Below, one piece after another: positions 28,666 to 37,886 of a DNA stretch of 64,000 nucleotides. Each line of letters begins with the position of its first letter. Positions within the stretch are counted from its first letter, which is position 1. The stretch is from the NCBI RefSeq assembly GCF_049969415.1, contig NZ_JBMFOX010000002.1, positions 41,467 to 105,466 of the forward strand. Reading direction: 5' to 3'. The notes beneath the pieces are model-generated. The model was not told where the DNA came from. It searched no databases and saw only the letters and a program-made list of their open reading frames with translations. Source of the DNA: Candidatus Hadarchaeum sp. Its GTDB lineage: Archaea > Hadarchaeota > Hadarchaeia > Hadarchaeales > Hadarchaeaceae. A program made the position numbers and the translations under genes.

Positions 28666-30012
28666 TCACCTCTTTTTTATTGCTCCTAACTTCTGCCAGA
28701 GTTTCTCGGCAGATTTTCGAGAAATCTTGATTACCTCCTCCTCTTCCATCGATAGCATCTTCCGGTCACGCATAAGTATGTTTCCTCCCACGATTACGGT
28801 TTCGACGTCTTTACCGCAGACGGTGTTGACCAGATGTCCGACCACGCTTTCCGGTACTATTGGTGTCGGTGCTCTTTTTGGGTTGATAATGATGATGTCA
28901 GCCAGCTTTCCGGGTTCAATCGAGCCGAGTTCATTTTCGAGACCGTAAAGTTCTGCACCTTTGATGGTCGCCATCTCCAGCGCCTCCATGGCTGAGACCA
29001 CCCGAGGGTCCCTGAGCCCAATCTTGTGCAGCAGGAAAGCCGCCCGGATATTTTCAAAGCCGTCGAAGATATAGCCGTCGTTTCCCAGCCCAACGGGAAT
29101 TCCCATCGACAGCATCTTGACCACCGGCGCCACACCGACTGCGTTCAACATGTTGCTCATTGGGTTGTGGGCTACCTTGGCTCCGGTCTTCTTGATGATG
29201 GCCAGTTCGTCATCGTTGACGTGCACGCAGTGAGCCAGCACGGCATCGGGTCCGAGAACCTCGGCGTCCCGGAGCCGTTCGATGGTTCGCTTGCCGTAGC
29301 GTTCATAGTTGTGGTATAGGTCACATAGTCCCTCTGAGGTATGGACGGTCAGCGGAACCTTGTAGCGGCTGGCCAGCTCCCGGACATATCTGAAAAGCTC
29401 GTCGGACACGGTGAAGGAGGCATGAATGCTGAACATCCCATGAACCCGATGCTTCCTCTCCTTCTTCACCTTCAGGATGAAGCGCTCATTTTCCTTGATT
29501 CCCCTTGCCCCTTCGGTGTGGGTGTGTCTTTCGGTGGCTTCAAAGGAGATTATGCCCCGCATCCCGGACTCCTCCACGGCCGCCGCAATCCTGTCGAGAA
29601 CTCCTGAGAGAGCGTTGGGCCCCGAGAAGGTGTCAGCGAACAGCGTGGTCCCCGTCTTTATGAACTCAAGACATGAGATCAGGGCGCTGGCGTAGGCGTC
29701 ATCCTTGGTCATGGCTTCATCCATGGGCCACCAGACCCGCTGAAGAATCTGGGAAAAGTCGGTTGGCGGTTCTATCTTGAGAGGGGCAGCCCGGAGCAGC
29801 ATCCCGTAAAGATGCGTGTGCGAGCAAATGAGCCCTGGCATGACGATTTTTCCCTTGGCATCTATTACCTCCTCAGATTTACTTTTTCCAGCAAATCCCT
29901 TTTTGACGGACACGATGCGCCCCTCATCAATGGCTACGGAGCCATCGGCAATGATTCGACGATCTTTATCCATGGTCACAATGAGACCATTTTTTATCAA
30001 AAGTTCGACCAT
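28666..30012 (-). CDS. Amidohydrolase, SsnA/MtaD-like aminohydrolase
   Basis: MPGLICSHTHLY, HASFTVSD, HTSEG, LAHCVH, NPMSNM.NAVG, GLGNDG. Confidence 0.85.
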   Translation of the reverse strand: MVELLIKNGLIVTMDKDRRIIADGSVAIDEGRIVSVKKGFAGKSKSEEVIDAKGKIVMPGLICSHTHLYGMLLRAAPLKIEPPTDFSQILQRVWWPMDEAMTKDDAYASALISCLEFIKTGTTLFADTFSGPNALSGVLDRIAAAVEESGMRGIISFEATERHTHTEGARGIKENERFILKVKKERKHRVHGMFSIHASFTVSDELFRYVRELASRYKVPLTVHTSEGLCDLYHNYERYGKRTIERLRDAEVLGPDAVLAHCVHVNDDELAIIKKTGAKVAHNPMSNMLNAVGVAPVVKMLSMGIPVGLGNDGYIFDGFENIRAAFLLHKIGLRDPRVVSAMEALEMATIKGAELYGLENELGSIEPGKLADIIIINPKRAPTPIVPESVVGHLVNTVCGKDVETVIVGGNILMRDRKMLSMEEEEVIKISRKSAEKLWQKLGAIKKR

Positions 30013-30106
30013 TCAACCCCTTTAGTGAAATGGTTGTGGTAGGTTTAAACCTTAATGAGCGAACAACAGGCTAAAATATCGGGATGTTTCACTAACATAA
30101 GAGAAA

Positions 30107-30319
30107 ATGCCGGAGTTTTTGCAAGCCACCATGGTCAAGTTGATAAAGAAAGCCGCCAAGGTCCGCGTCTCGCGCGACGCCGCGCTAGAGTTGAGCATCT
30201 TGATTGAGGATTATGCGCTGCGGGTGGCCACAGAGGCACTGAAGCTCAGGGACCATCGAGGTGCCAAGACCTTAAGCAAAGAGGATATAAAAGCGGCCGC
30301 GACTGCCATAACGAGATAG
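30107..30319 (+). CDS. Archaeal histone (HMf-like, divergent)
   Basis: RVS.DA, EA.KL..H.G.KT...EDI histone-fold pattern. Confidence 0.85.
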   Translation: MPEFLQATMVKLIKKAAKVRVSRDAALELSILIEDYALRVATEALKLRDHRGAKTLSKEDIKAAATAITR

Positions 30320-30334
30320 ACTTTGGGTGATTTT

Positions 30335-31663
30335 TTGGTTGGTCTAGTCTTGCGTAACGGAAGAATAGTTCTACCTGAGGGCATAGTGGATGGTGAGATC
30401 TCGGTAGACAACGGGAAAATAAGTAAGATTGCTGTTAGCGGTCTTCCCAAAGGTGAGACCGAAATAGATGTCAGGGGCAGGACGGTAATACCCGGGGTGG
30501 TGGACGTTCACGTCCATTTTCACGATAAAAAGTTTCTGAACCGTGAGGATTTTGCCGGCGGTAGCACAGCGGCCGCCGCAGGAGGAGTGACGACGGTAAT
30601 CGTCATGCCTTGGGACACGCCGGTTGTTTCAGGCCCGAGCATAGAGGAGACCATAGAGTTAGGCTGCAGGATGAGCATCGTAGACTTTTCCTTGCATGCT
30701 GGCAACATGAGCCCAGAATCGATAAAGAAAGTTCCAGAGATCAACTCCTTTGGTATAAAGTCGTTTAAGGCATTTACCTGCGATCCTTACCTAATGTCCT
30801 ACGAGCAAATTGAGGAACTGATGTGTTACGTTAGGGCAATCGGTGGAGTCACTTTTATACATGCCGAGGATCAGAAGACTCTAAGCAAAAATTTGAGGGC
30901 CCTGAAGAAGAGGAAAGATCCGCTGGCCCATGCCCTGTCTCGCCCAGCCGAGGCCGAAGAAAAAGCGATAAAAAAAGTCCTTAAATCAGCGGAAAGGACA
31001 GGGTGCCGCACGCATATCGCCCATGTCACCACGCGCGAGGGATGTGAAGCGATTCAAAAGGCAAAGAAAAGGGGAGTGCACGTCAGCGCTGAAACATGTC
31101 CTCATTACCTGATTTTCAAAAGAGAGGACATGGAAAAGCTTGGACCTTACTTGAAGGTTAATCCTTCCCTTAAGTCAGATAGCGATCGCGCCGCGCTTTG
31201 GCAGGCATTGGCCGAAGGCATCGTAGACATCGTCTCGACGGACCATGCACCTGCCTCAAAAGAAGAAAAGGATAGAGGATGGATCGATATCTGGGAGGTA
31301 CCTTCAGGAGTTCCTGGCGTTGAGACCAGTTTACCTCTAATGCTCAGCGAGGGAGTTTCCAAGGGCAGGTTGACGCTGGAGCAGCTGGTCAACTGCATGT
31401 GCACCAAACCCGCGATACTGTTCGGCCTCTACCCGCGCAAAGGAGTGATCCAGGAGGGATCCGACGCCGACCTGATTATTTTGGATCTTAAGGAGGAGGC
31501 CCAGATATCGGCAGAGAGGTTGCACTATAAGGTGGGCTGGACGCCCTTCGAGGGCATGAGGGTCAAAGGGATCCCTGTCATGACGATCTTGAGGGGAACG
31601 ATAATTGCCGAAGGAGGCAAAGTTATCGGGTCATCAGGCTATGGCCAATTTTTACCCCGTTGA
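30335..31663 (+). CDS. Cyclic amidohydrolase (allantoinase/dihydropyrimidinase/dihydroorotase family)
   Basis: PGVVDVHVH, AAAGGVTT, SFK, HAED, HIAHVT, ETCPHYL, KVNP, STDHAP. Confidence 0.9.
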   Translation: MVGLVLRNGRIVLPEGIVDGEISVDNGKISKIAVSGLPKGETEIDVRGRTVIPGVVDVHVHFHDKKFLNREDFAGGSTAAAAGGVTTVIVMPWDTPVVSGPSIEETIELGCRMSIVDFSLHAGNMSPESIKKVPEINSFGIKSFKAFTCDPYLMSYEQIEELMCYVRAIGGVTFIHAEDQKTLSKNLRALKKRKDPLAHALSRPAEAEEKAIKKVLKSAERTGCRTHIAHVTTREGCEAIQKAKKRGVHVSAETCPHYLIFKREDMEKLGPYLKVNPSLKSDSDRAALWQALAEGIVDIVSTDHAPASKEEKDRGWIDIWEVPSGVPGVETSLPLMLSEGVSKGRLTLEQLVNCMCTKPAILFGLYPRKGVIQEGSDADLIILDLKEEAQISAERLHYKVGWTPFEGMRVKGIPVMTILRGTIIAEGGKVIGSSGYGQFLPR

Positions 31664-32977
31664 TTTTATGCCTTGAGGTCTTCTAATCTGTTTTCCCCAA
31701 GATTTTAGGATGCCTATTGCTTCCACGGCTTCCTCGATCTGGGTGTAGATGGGCAGGGTCGATTTGGAAACGATTTCCCTTAAACCCTCGCTATTATCGG
31801 CACAAAGCGCGGCATCGACCACGGGCTTTTCTTTGGATTTTTTGGCGACATCGGTGATTTTCCTGAGGTCGTCCATTTCGAACCGTGTGGCCTTCATTGA
31901 ATTTATCATCATTATCCCGTCCACTTTTTCATCCGAGAGTAACAATTCCGCAGCCCGTTTGTATGCGTCAGCCCCAGCCGCCTTTCCCAGATTGATAAAA
32001 TTGGATATTTTAGCTGCGGGGTGATTTTTCTGTAGTTTTTCTACGGTTTCGGTGGAAGGCTTGGCCAGCGAAATACCTTTTTCTAAGAGATATTTTTCAG
32101 AAAGTTCTGCAGGTCCGGTGACGTTGGTGATAATCGCGATTCTTTCTCCAAGAAGCGGTGGTTGTTTTGCCACCGCAGCGCCCCCGTTTAACATCTCGCG
32201 GACGTGGTGGGCTATTATTCCTCCCGCCTGCTTCACGGCGGCCTCCAATATTTCCGTGCCAGCAATTGTTCCGCTGAGAACAATTACAGGTTTTTCAGCA
32301 ACGGCGTCAGCCAAAGTTTTTATGAATCTCCGGCCGCCCCTGACTTTTTTTAGGTAAATGCAGATGCATTTGGTTTCTTTATCCTTGGATAGATAGCTTA
32401 GGAAATCGGACTCATCGGTTCCAAAGTTTTCGTTGATATTCACCAATTTGCTGATTCCGAAGTTTGTGGCCAGACGGAGTATATTCCGGGCGATACAGCT
32501 GTCCTGTGAAATAACGGCCACATCCCCCCCGAAAATCTGCCACTTTTCGGGAACAGCGATTAATCCAGTTTTTGTGTTGATAATCCCGATTGAATCCGGA
32601 CCGACGATTATCGTCGTTTTTCTCTTCATCATCTTAACCAATTCCTCACTCATTTTTTCCTCCAACTCGTCCACCATCAACAAAAGCGACTTTGGCTGGC
32701 GTGAGACCAATTTATGTAGGTTTTTGGCCAGCGATTTTTCAGGCAGCAAAACAATCGCCAGATCCAGACCAACCTTGACCATGTTCAAGTTGTTGCAGCT
32801 GCCCGGAATTTTTCCACTTAAGTCAATGAGGAAAACTTTACCTCGTTTATAGCCAGATAAATTTTGCACCAGCAGATGGAAAAGATCTGAATAGATCCTA
32901 TCCTCTCCGGTTAGTTCTGAATTTCCAACTAGAAAAATCGATCTGGGTTCAAAGAGCGGTTTTAGCTCAGCTGACAT
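31652..32977 (-). CDS. ADP-forming acyl-CoA synthetase alpha-subunit-like protein, degenerate
   Basis: LKPLFEPRSI, IVGPDSIG, VAVISQ, KPVIVL, RIAIITNVTGP; no SHTG phospho-His segment. Confidence 0.75.
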   Translation of the reverse strand: MSAELKPLFEPRSIFLVGNSELTGEDRIYSDLFHLLVQNLSGYKRGKVFLIDLSGKIPGSCNNLNMVKVGLDLAIVLLPEKSLAKNLHKLVSRQPKSLLLMVDELEEKMSEELVKMMKRKTTIIVGPDSIGIINTKTGLIAVPEKWQIFGGDVAVISQDSCIARNILRLATNFGISKLVNINENFGTDESDFLSYLSKDKETKCICIYLKKVRGGRRFIKTLADAVAEKPVIVLSGTIAGTEILEAAVKQAGGIIAHHVREMLNGGAAVAKQPPLLGERIAIITNVTGPAELSEKYLLEKGISLAKPSTETVEKLQKNHPAAKISNFINLGKAAGADAYKRAAELLLSDEKVDGIMMINSMKATRFEMDDLRKITDVAKKSKEKPVVDAALCADNSEGLREIVSKSTLPIYTQIEEAVEAIGILKSWGKQIRRPQGIKSTG

Positions 32978-33708
32978 TACTTGCCCTCTCCAAGGACAAT
33001 CCGAGCATCCACGGCGACCGCCCCCTTACCCTTGTCGAAAACGAACACTGGATTTAAATCCATCTCGGCAATCTCTGGGAACTCATAGGCCAGTTGCCCC
33101 ACCTTTTGAATTAATCCAGCCATCGCGTCGATATCCGCTGGCGGAGTACCTCGAATTCCCGCCAAGACGGGATAACCCTTTATCTCTTTGATCATTTCCT
33201 TGGCTTCTTCGATGGTAAGAGGTGCGAGCCTGAAGCTGATGTCTTTGAGGACTTCAACCCAGATTCCGCCCAACCCGAACATAACGGTGGCGCCGAAGGA
33301 TGGGTCCTGTATCGCCCCAACGATGACCTCGCGGGCAGGTGGCAAGTACTCCTGTATCGTCACCCCGAGTATTCTCGCATCGGGGTTGTATTCCCGCGCA
33401 TTTTTCATGATTTCATTAAAAGCCTGTTTCAGCTCCAGCTCCGAGCTTATCCCCACCATAACACCCTTGGCATCACTCTTATGGATGATATCCGGGGAGG
33501 CTATTTTTATTACCAAAGGATAATGAATTTCTCGCCCGATCCTGATCGCTTCATCAACGTTTCTGGCTAGGGCGGTGCGGCTCACTGGTATCCCCCAAGC
33601 TTCGAGCACACGTTTTGATTCTATTTCCGAAAGGTGTCGGCGGTTTTCACTTCTGACCGAATTTAAAATTTCCATTATTTTTTCCTTGTTGGACGCCAAG
33701 CGAATCAC
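32977..33708 (-). CDS. ADP-forming acyl-CoA synthetase beta subunit (ATP-grasp)
   Basis: YPLVIKIASPDIIHKSD, EVIVG..DPSFG..MFGLGG, EMDLNP, DARI. Confidence 0.92.
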   Translation of the reverse strand: MIRLASNKEKIMEILNSVRSENRRHLSEIESKRVLEAWGIPVSRTALARNVDEAIRIGREIHYPLVIKIASPDIIHKSDAKGVMVGISSELELKQAFNEIMKNAREYNPDARILGVTIQEYLPPAREVIVGAIQDPSFGATVMFGLGGIWVEVLKDISFRLAPLTIEEAKEMIKEIKGYPVLAGIRGTPPADIDAMAGLIQKVGQLAYEFPEIAEMDLNPVFVFDKGKGAVAVDARIVLGEGK

Positions 33709-33827
33709 CGGGAATCAAAATTACTTGGCATTGATTCATATAAGTTTTTTTACGAGGGAATGATCGAGCTAAGATTAAGCAAACACTTTTAATATCGGCA
33801 ACTACTCTCTTACTTTTAGGTGTTTGT

Positions 33828-34484
33828 ATGAAGTTACTGGCAGCAGCTGACTTTCACGGCAACTCAGGTGCTGAAAATAACCTCTCTAAACTGCTTCGAG
33901 GTGGGCATGATTGCTTGGTCTTGATCGGAGACCTTACCAATTTTGGCCCGCCGGAAGTGGCAGAGAGCCTGCTGGACTTGGTTAAGGCGCACGGAATCAC
34001 CTGTTTTTGTGTGCCAGGCAACTGTGATCCTAAGTCGATACTTCAAGTGCTGGATAGGAGGGGTGTGAACCTCCACGGTAGATGCAGTAGACTGGGCGAG
34101 TTCAACTTTTTAGGACTGGGCGGTTCTAACCTCACCCCATTTAACACCCCATTTGAGCTTACTGAGGCGGAAATCCAGGAGGAGCTAGCCACGGCCTCTT
34201 GCGATACTGTCGGGGAGCTGATTCTGGTGACCCACGCACCGCCCCATGGGACCGAGGTCGATAGGATCAGGGAGGGAACCCACGTGGGAAGCAAGAGCAT
34301 ACGCCAGTTTATCGAGAAAAGACAACCGTTGCTCTCCCTCTGCGCCCACGTTCATGAAGGTCGTGGGGTCGACCAGCTAGGTCGCACGCTTGTCATCAAT
34401 CCTGGGCCAATGACGAAGGGTTTTGCGGCTGAGATTGAAATTGGCGAAAACAATCAGGTTAACTTTCGGTTGTTAGAGATCTGA
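33828..34484 (+). CDS. Icc-like metallophosphoesterase
   Basis: DFHG, GDLT, PGNCD, THAPP, HVHE. Confidence 0.9.
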   Translation: MKLLAAADFHGNSGAENNLSKLLRGGHDCLVLIGDLTNFGPPEVAESLLDLVKAHGITCFCVPGNCDPKSILQVLDRRGVNLHGRCSRLGEFNFLGLGGSNLTPFNTPFELTEAEIQEELATASCDTVGELILVTHAPPHGTEVDRIREGTHVGSKSIRQFIEKRQPLLSLCAHVHEGRGVDQLGRTLVINPGPMTKGFAAEIEIGENNQVNFRLLEI

Positions 34485-34493
34485 GGTAAAAAT

Positions 34494-34697
34494 TTGAAAT
34501 CAAGGAGAAATTCCACCCACTGTCCTAGATGTGGCTCAGGTAGGTTAAAGTGGGCGTCCGGGCTGCCCCAGCTTTGGTCGGTTTATGACTGTGAGGAATG
34601 CGGTTATCGGGGCCCGCTTATCATTGAGAATGGAGAACTGGCCAAGAAAATTAGGAAGCGTTGGCTGAGTAAACGAGGCAAGCAGACGGTCGGTTGA
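34494..34697 (+). CDS. Small Zn-ribbon protein
   Basis: CPRCGS...YDCEECGYRGP; SD GAGGT upstream. Confidence 0.7.
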   Translation: MKSRRNSTHCPRCGSGRLKWASGLPQLWSVYDCEECGYRGPLIIENGELAKKIRKRWLSKRGKQTVG

Positions 34698-34707
34698 AGA
34701 TGCCCTT

Positions 34708-35568
34708 TTATTCCGCAGATTTAAGCTCGAGGTCTAGGGCGATGTGGTAGCATCGGGTGGCGTAAGAACGGATTTTTCTCGCGCCCAGCATTTTTGCCTC
34801 AAACCTTTTTTTGGAGGCCTCGGTTTTGACGAAATCTATCGAAGGTCCGAAAATATCAGGTTCCTCTCCATAGTCGTAGAAATGGATTATACCCCCGGTG
34901 GGCTTCAGGGCTTTCAGGGCCACATCAAAAAAATTATGGGAAAGCTCGGGTAAGGGCATGAGAACACGATCGGCCTTTCCAGCCAATTCCCTTTCCACAA
35001 CCTCGCGAGCATCACCGAGGATAGCGATTACTCGATCTCCAACTTTGTTTATCCGGATGTTGGTCTGCATGTATTCAAACGCGTGGGGATTAATGTCGAT
35101 GGAGTAAATGAGAGCTGCCTTGCCTTGCTTGGCGATGATGATTGAGTAGCTGCCAACCCCGGCGAAAAGGTTCACCACGGTTTCGCCCGGCTTTACCATT
35201 TTGGCAATTCGCAGCCTTTCTGTCGCCAGCCTCGGGGAAAAGTAGACCTTTGCCAGATCGACTTTGAAGGCACAGCCAGATTCGCGGTAGATTGTTTCGG
35301 TCCTGTTTTCACCGGCGATTACCTCCAGTTCCCGGGTGCGAAACTCACCTTTTACTGGAGAAAGTTGATTAAGCACCACACGCACGTTTTTTTGAACCTC
35401 CATTAGAGCTTTACCGATGATGTGTTTTTTAGGAAGCAGGTGTTCGGGTAACTTGACGATAGCGATATCGCCGACCACATCAAATGCCCTTATTAACCTT
35501 AGCTCGTCTTCGGAAAGGTAGCCCCTCAATCTTGTGCGCAAATCTTTCGCCATATCTCTCAAAAGCAA
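34708..35568 (-). CDS. Trm5/Taw2-family tRNA SAM-dependent transferase
   Basis: FDVVGDIAI, GEFRTR, VYFSPRL.TER, LFAGVG, DINP, DRVLMPLP. Confidence 0.9.
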   Translation of the reverse strand: MLLRDMAKDLRTRLRGYLSEDELRLIRAFDVVGDIAIVKLPEHLLPKKHIIGKALMEVQKNVRVVLNQLSPVKGEFRTRELEVIAGENRTETIYRESGCAFKVDLAKVYFSPRLATERLRIAKMVKPGETVVNLFAGVGSYSIIIAKQGKAALIYSIDINPHAFEYMQTNIRINKVGDRVIAILGDAREVVERELAGKADRVLMPLPELSHNFFDVALKALKPTGGIIHFYDYGEEPDIFGPSIDFVKTEASKKRFEAKMLGARKIRSYATRCYHIALDLELKSAE

Positions 35569-35657
35569 TTACCTTATGGAGAAAAAGAACTTTTTTAAGC
35601 TTGGGAATGAGTGCTTTTTCGATGGAGGCAGCTTTATTTTGTTGTTACTAGATTATT

Positions 35658-37886
35658 ATGGTCGGTATGGAATGCCCAAGTTTGGAAATTAAAGATTCAG
35701 GACCGTTAAAGGTAGCCGAGTTTGACTGTCATGGTTGCAATTTTCCCGGGACGCTTAACGAATCAAAGTGTCGTTACTGCGTTTTAAGTCGGTTGCGCAT
35801 GGAGGCCGAGGTTGACCGGGTCGTACTTCTACAACCTTTGGTGAGAATCTATCACACCCGGGAGCTTTCCCAGCTGGCCAGAACAATCGCGGCGGCAGAA
35901 CAGCTTGCCTTGGACCGTACCCTTTACGGTGGAAAGGAAGGAGATGCAAAGTGTAAAAAGTGCATAGAAACCCGTATGGCAGCCCTGACCGATGCCTTAG
36001 ACAAGATAACTTCAGAACCGCATGATCTCAGCCCGCTTGACAACAGCTTGGTTATCTCCAGAATCAAGAGCAGCCCTGATTGCAAAAAGTGCAGTGAGGA
36101 AAACTACTTCAAGCTGGTTGATACCGTAAAAGCCACGTTGAAAAGCAACCCCATATTCCGGCGTCTTTCACCGAAAAATTATGACGAGGTTTTTTCCGCT
36201 AGAGCTAAGCCTTTTTTCATTGAGGGCTTGTGGAATCCACCACCTCGTGATGCTCGCCTGATTGAAAGCTATGGGCTGTCCGATGGTCGTGGTCGGGTGA
36301 ATATTTATGAGCAGCGCGACCACCCTGTTCCTTTTTATGAATTGGTCTTGCCTGAGTTTAACCTCCCCGCTGACCAGCTGGAGATGTTGGATTCCGCCTA
36401 CAGGTTTAAGATTGAGGAGGCACCAGGACATGCCCGGTTTGCCTACTCCACCCGCACCCATTCGTTCGCCGAGGAGTGGTATCACGCGCTACTCCACATG
36501 TTGCGGGAGAAGAAAGGTTCGGTTCCCGCCGCCGTTCGCAAGTTGGCGGAGCTAATGGCCAGCTGGTTGACTTACCGTCTCCTTGAGCCTTTTAGCCACG
36601 ATGACCACATTACCGATATCTTTGTCCCGGCTCCTCCCGAGATACAGCCCATATATGTGGAACATGAGCGCTGGGGGAGGTTAGAGACCGGCATATACTG
36701 GACCACACCGGCGCTGCTTGGTTTGGGCGAGACGCTGGCTTCTCGATTGGGAACTTCTTTTGACGAGATCCGGCCCCAACTTGATGCTGAGATACCGGAG
36801 CTAGGTATGCGTCTGTTCTTGAGCCGTTATCCTGCCATATGGACACGGAGCGTCGAGATCGCGGTTCGCAAGCGTCGTTCTAGGCCATGGACGCAACCAC
36901 TCTTTCTGGAACGAGGAACACTTTCGCCCTTAGCAAGTTCCTTTCTGGGCAATGTATTGAGGCTCGGCTCCAGCGCCTTCGTCATCGGGGAAATGGGGAC
37001 GGCAAAGACCTCCCAAGTTGAGACCTACGTTCCAGAAATAGGTCCGCACAACCGAATAGTGGCCTTTCAGGACACCGAGGAGTTGCACATTGAGGACTTC
37101 ATTTCCCACGGCTATAAGCTGGCCAACGTAAGGGTTTCGGACCCAGAGCAGCTTGAGCGACAGGTAAATGCCTTTCTCCGGGGCGGTCCCAGTTACTGGC
37201 TGATCACCGAAGTTCGGGCGGCCGAGGCGGTGAGAGCAGCGCTAGGTGCCGCTGCGAGGCAGGGTTCTCAGCCAGTGGTGGCGAGCTTTCATGCTAGGAG
37301 TAAGATGGAGATGTTTGACCTCATCGTGCATATTATGGGACTGCACCCGGCTACCTTCAAGTATATCGACTTTATCATCAGCACGGCGAGGTTCACCACC
37401 CCCAGCGGCACTGTTAGGAGAATCGTTGAGATTTCCGAGGTGCTTAAGGACTGGAAGGATGAGCCGAAATATTCCGAGCTATTTGTCGATGACCGCAAGA
37501 GAGATAAGTTGATTCAGTCAAAGCTTCTCAGCGGACCGAAAGGGTTGGTCAAAAAACTGAACTCCAGCGATCTCTCGTCCGTGAACGTAAATGGTGTGGT
37601 TAAAGCGGTCAGATTTCTGCCTCCGGAAAAGGGCGGCAGCCAGTTGATACCGAGACTTTGCCGTCGGCTGGCGATTGATGAGGAGGAATTTCTAGCCTCA
37701 ATTTTGGCCGAGGCAAAGATGAAGTCCGAACTTTTGATGCTGGCTAGGAAATCAGGGGATTCCAGCTATCTTGAGTTGCCCTTCGTAAGCAGGGCCTACA
37801 ATGCCTACTTCTACCTGCAGAAGCAGAATGCCCCGAACTATTCCAAGGTGCTGGAGGCTTGGCGAGCTTGGCTGAAAAGGACCTAA
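35658..37886 (+). CDS. Type II/IV secretion (VirB11/TadA-like) ATPase, divergent
   Basis: D..ITDIFV, Walker A GEMGTAKTS, QDTEEL, TEVR, SFHA; Cys-rich N-terminus. Confidence 0.8.
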   Translation: MVGMECPSLEIKDSGPLKVAEFDCHGCNFPGTLNESKCRYCVLSRLRMEAEVDRVVLLQPLVRIYHTRELSQLARTIAAAEQLALDRTLYGGKEGDAKCKKCIETRMAALTDALDKITSEPHDLSPLDNSLVISRIKSSPDCKKCSEENYFKLVDTVKATLKSNPIFRRLSPKNYDEVFSARAKPFFIEGLWNPPPRDARLIESYGLSDGRGRVNIYEQRDHPVPFYELVLPEFNLPADQLEMLDSAYRFKIEEAPGHARFAYSTRTHSFAEEWYHALLHMLREKKGSVPAAVRKLAELMASWLTYRLLEPFSHDDHITDIFVPAPPEIQPIYVEHERWGRLETGIYWTTPALLGLGETLASRLGTSFDEIRPQLDAEIPELGMRLFLSRYPAIWTRSVEIAVRKRRSRPWTQPLFLERGTLSPLASSFLGNVLRLGSSAFVIGEMGTAKTSQVETYVPEIGPHNRIVAFQDTEELHIEDFISHGYKLANVRVSDPEQLERQVNAFLRGGPSYWLITEVRAAEAVRAALGAAARQGSQPVVASFHARSKMEMFDLIVHIMGLHPATFKYIDFIISTARFTTPSGTVRRIVEISEVLKDWKDEPKYSELFVDDRKRDKLIQSKLLSGPKGLVKKLNSSDLSSVNVNGVVKAVRFLPPEKGGSQLIPRLCRRLAIDEEEFLASILAEAKMKSELLMLARKSGDSSYLELPFVSRAYNAYFYLQKQNAPNYSKVLEAWRAWLKRT

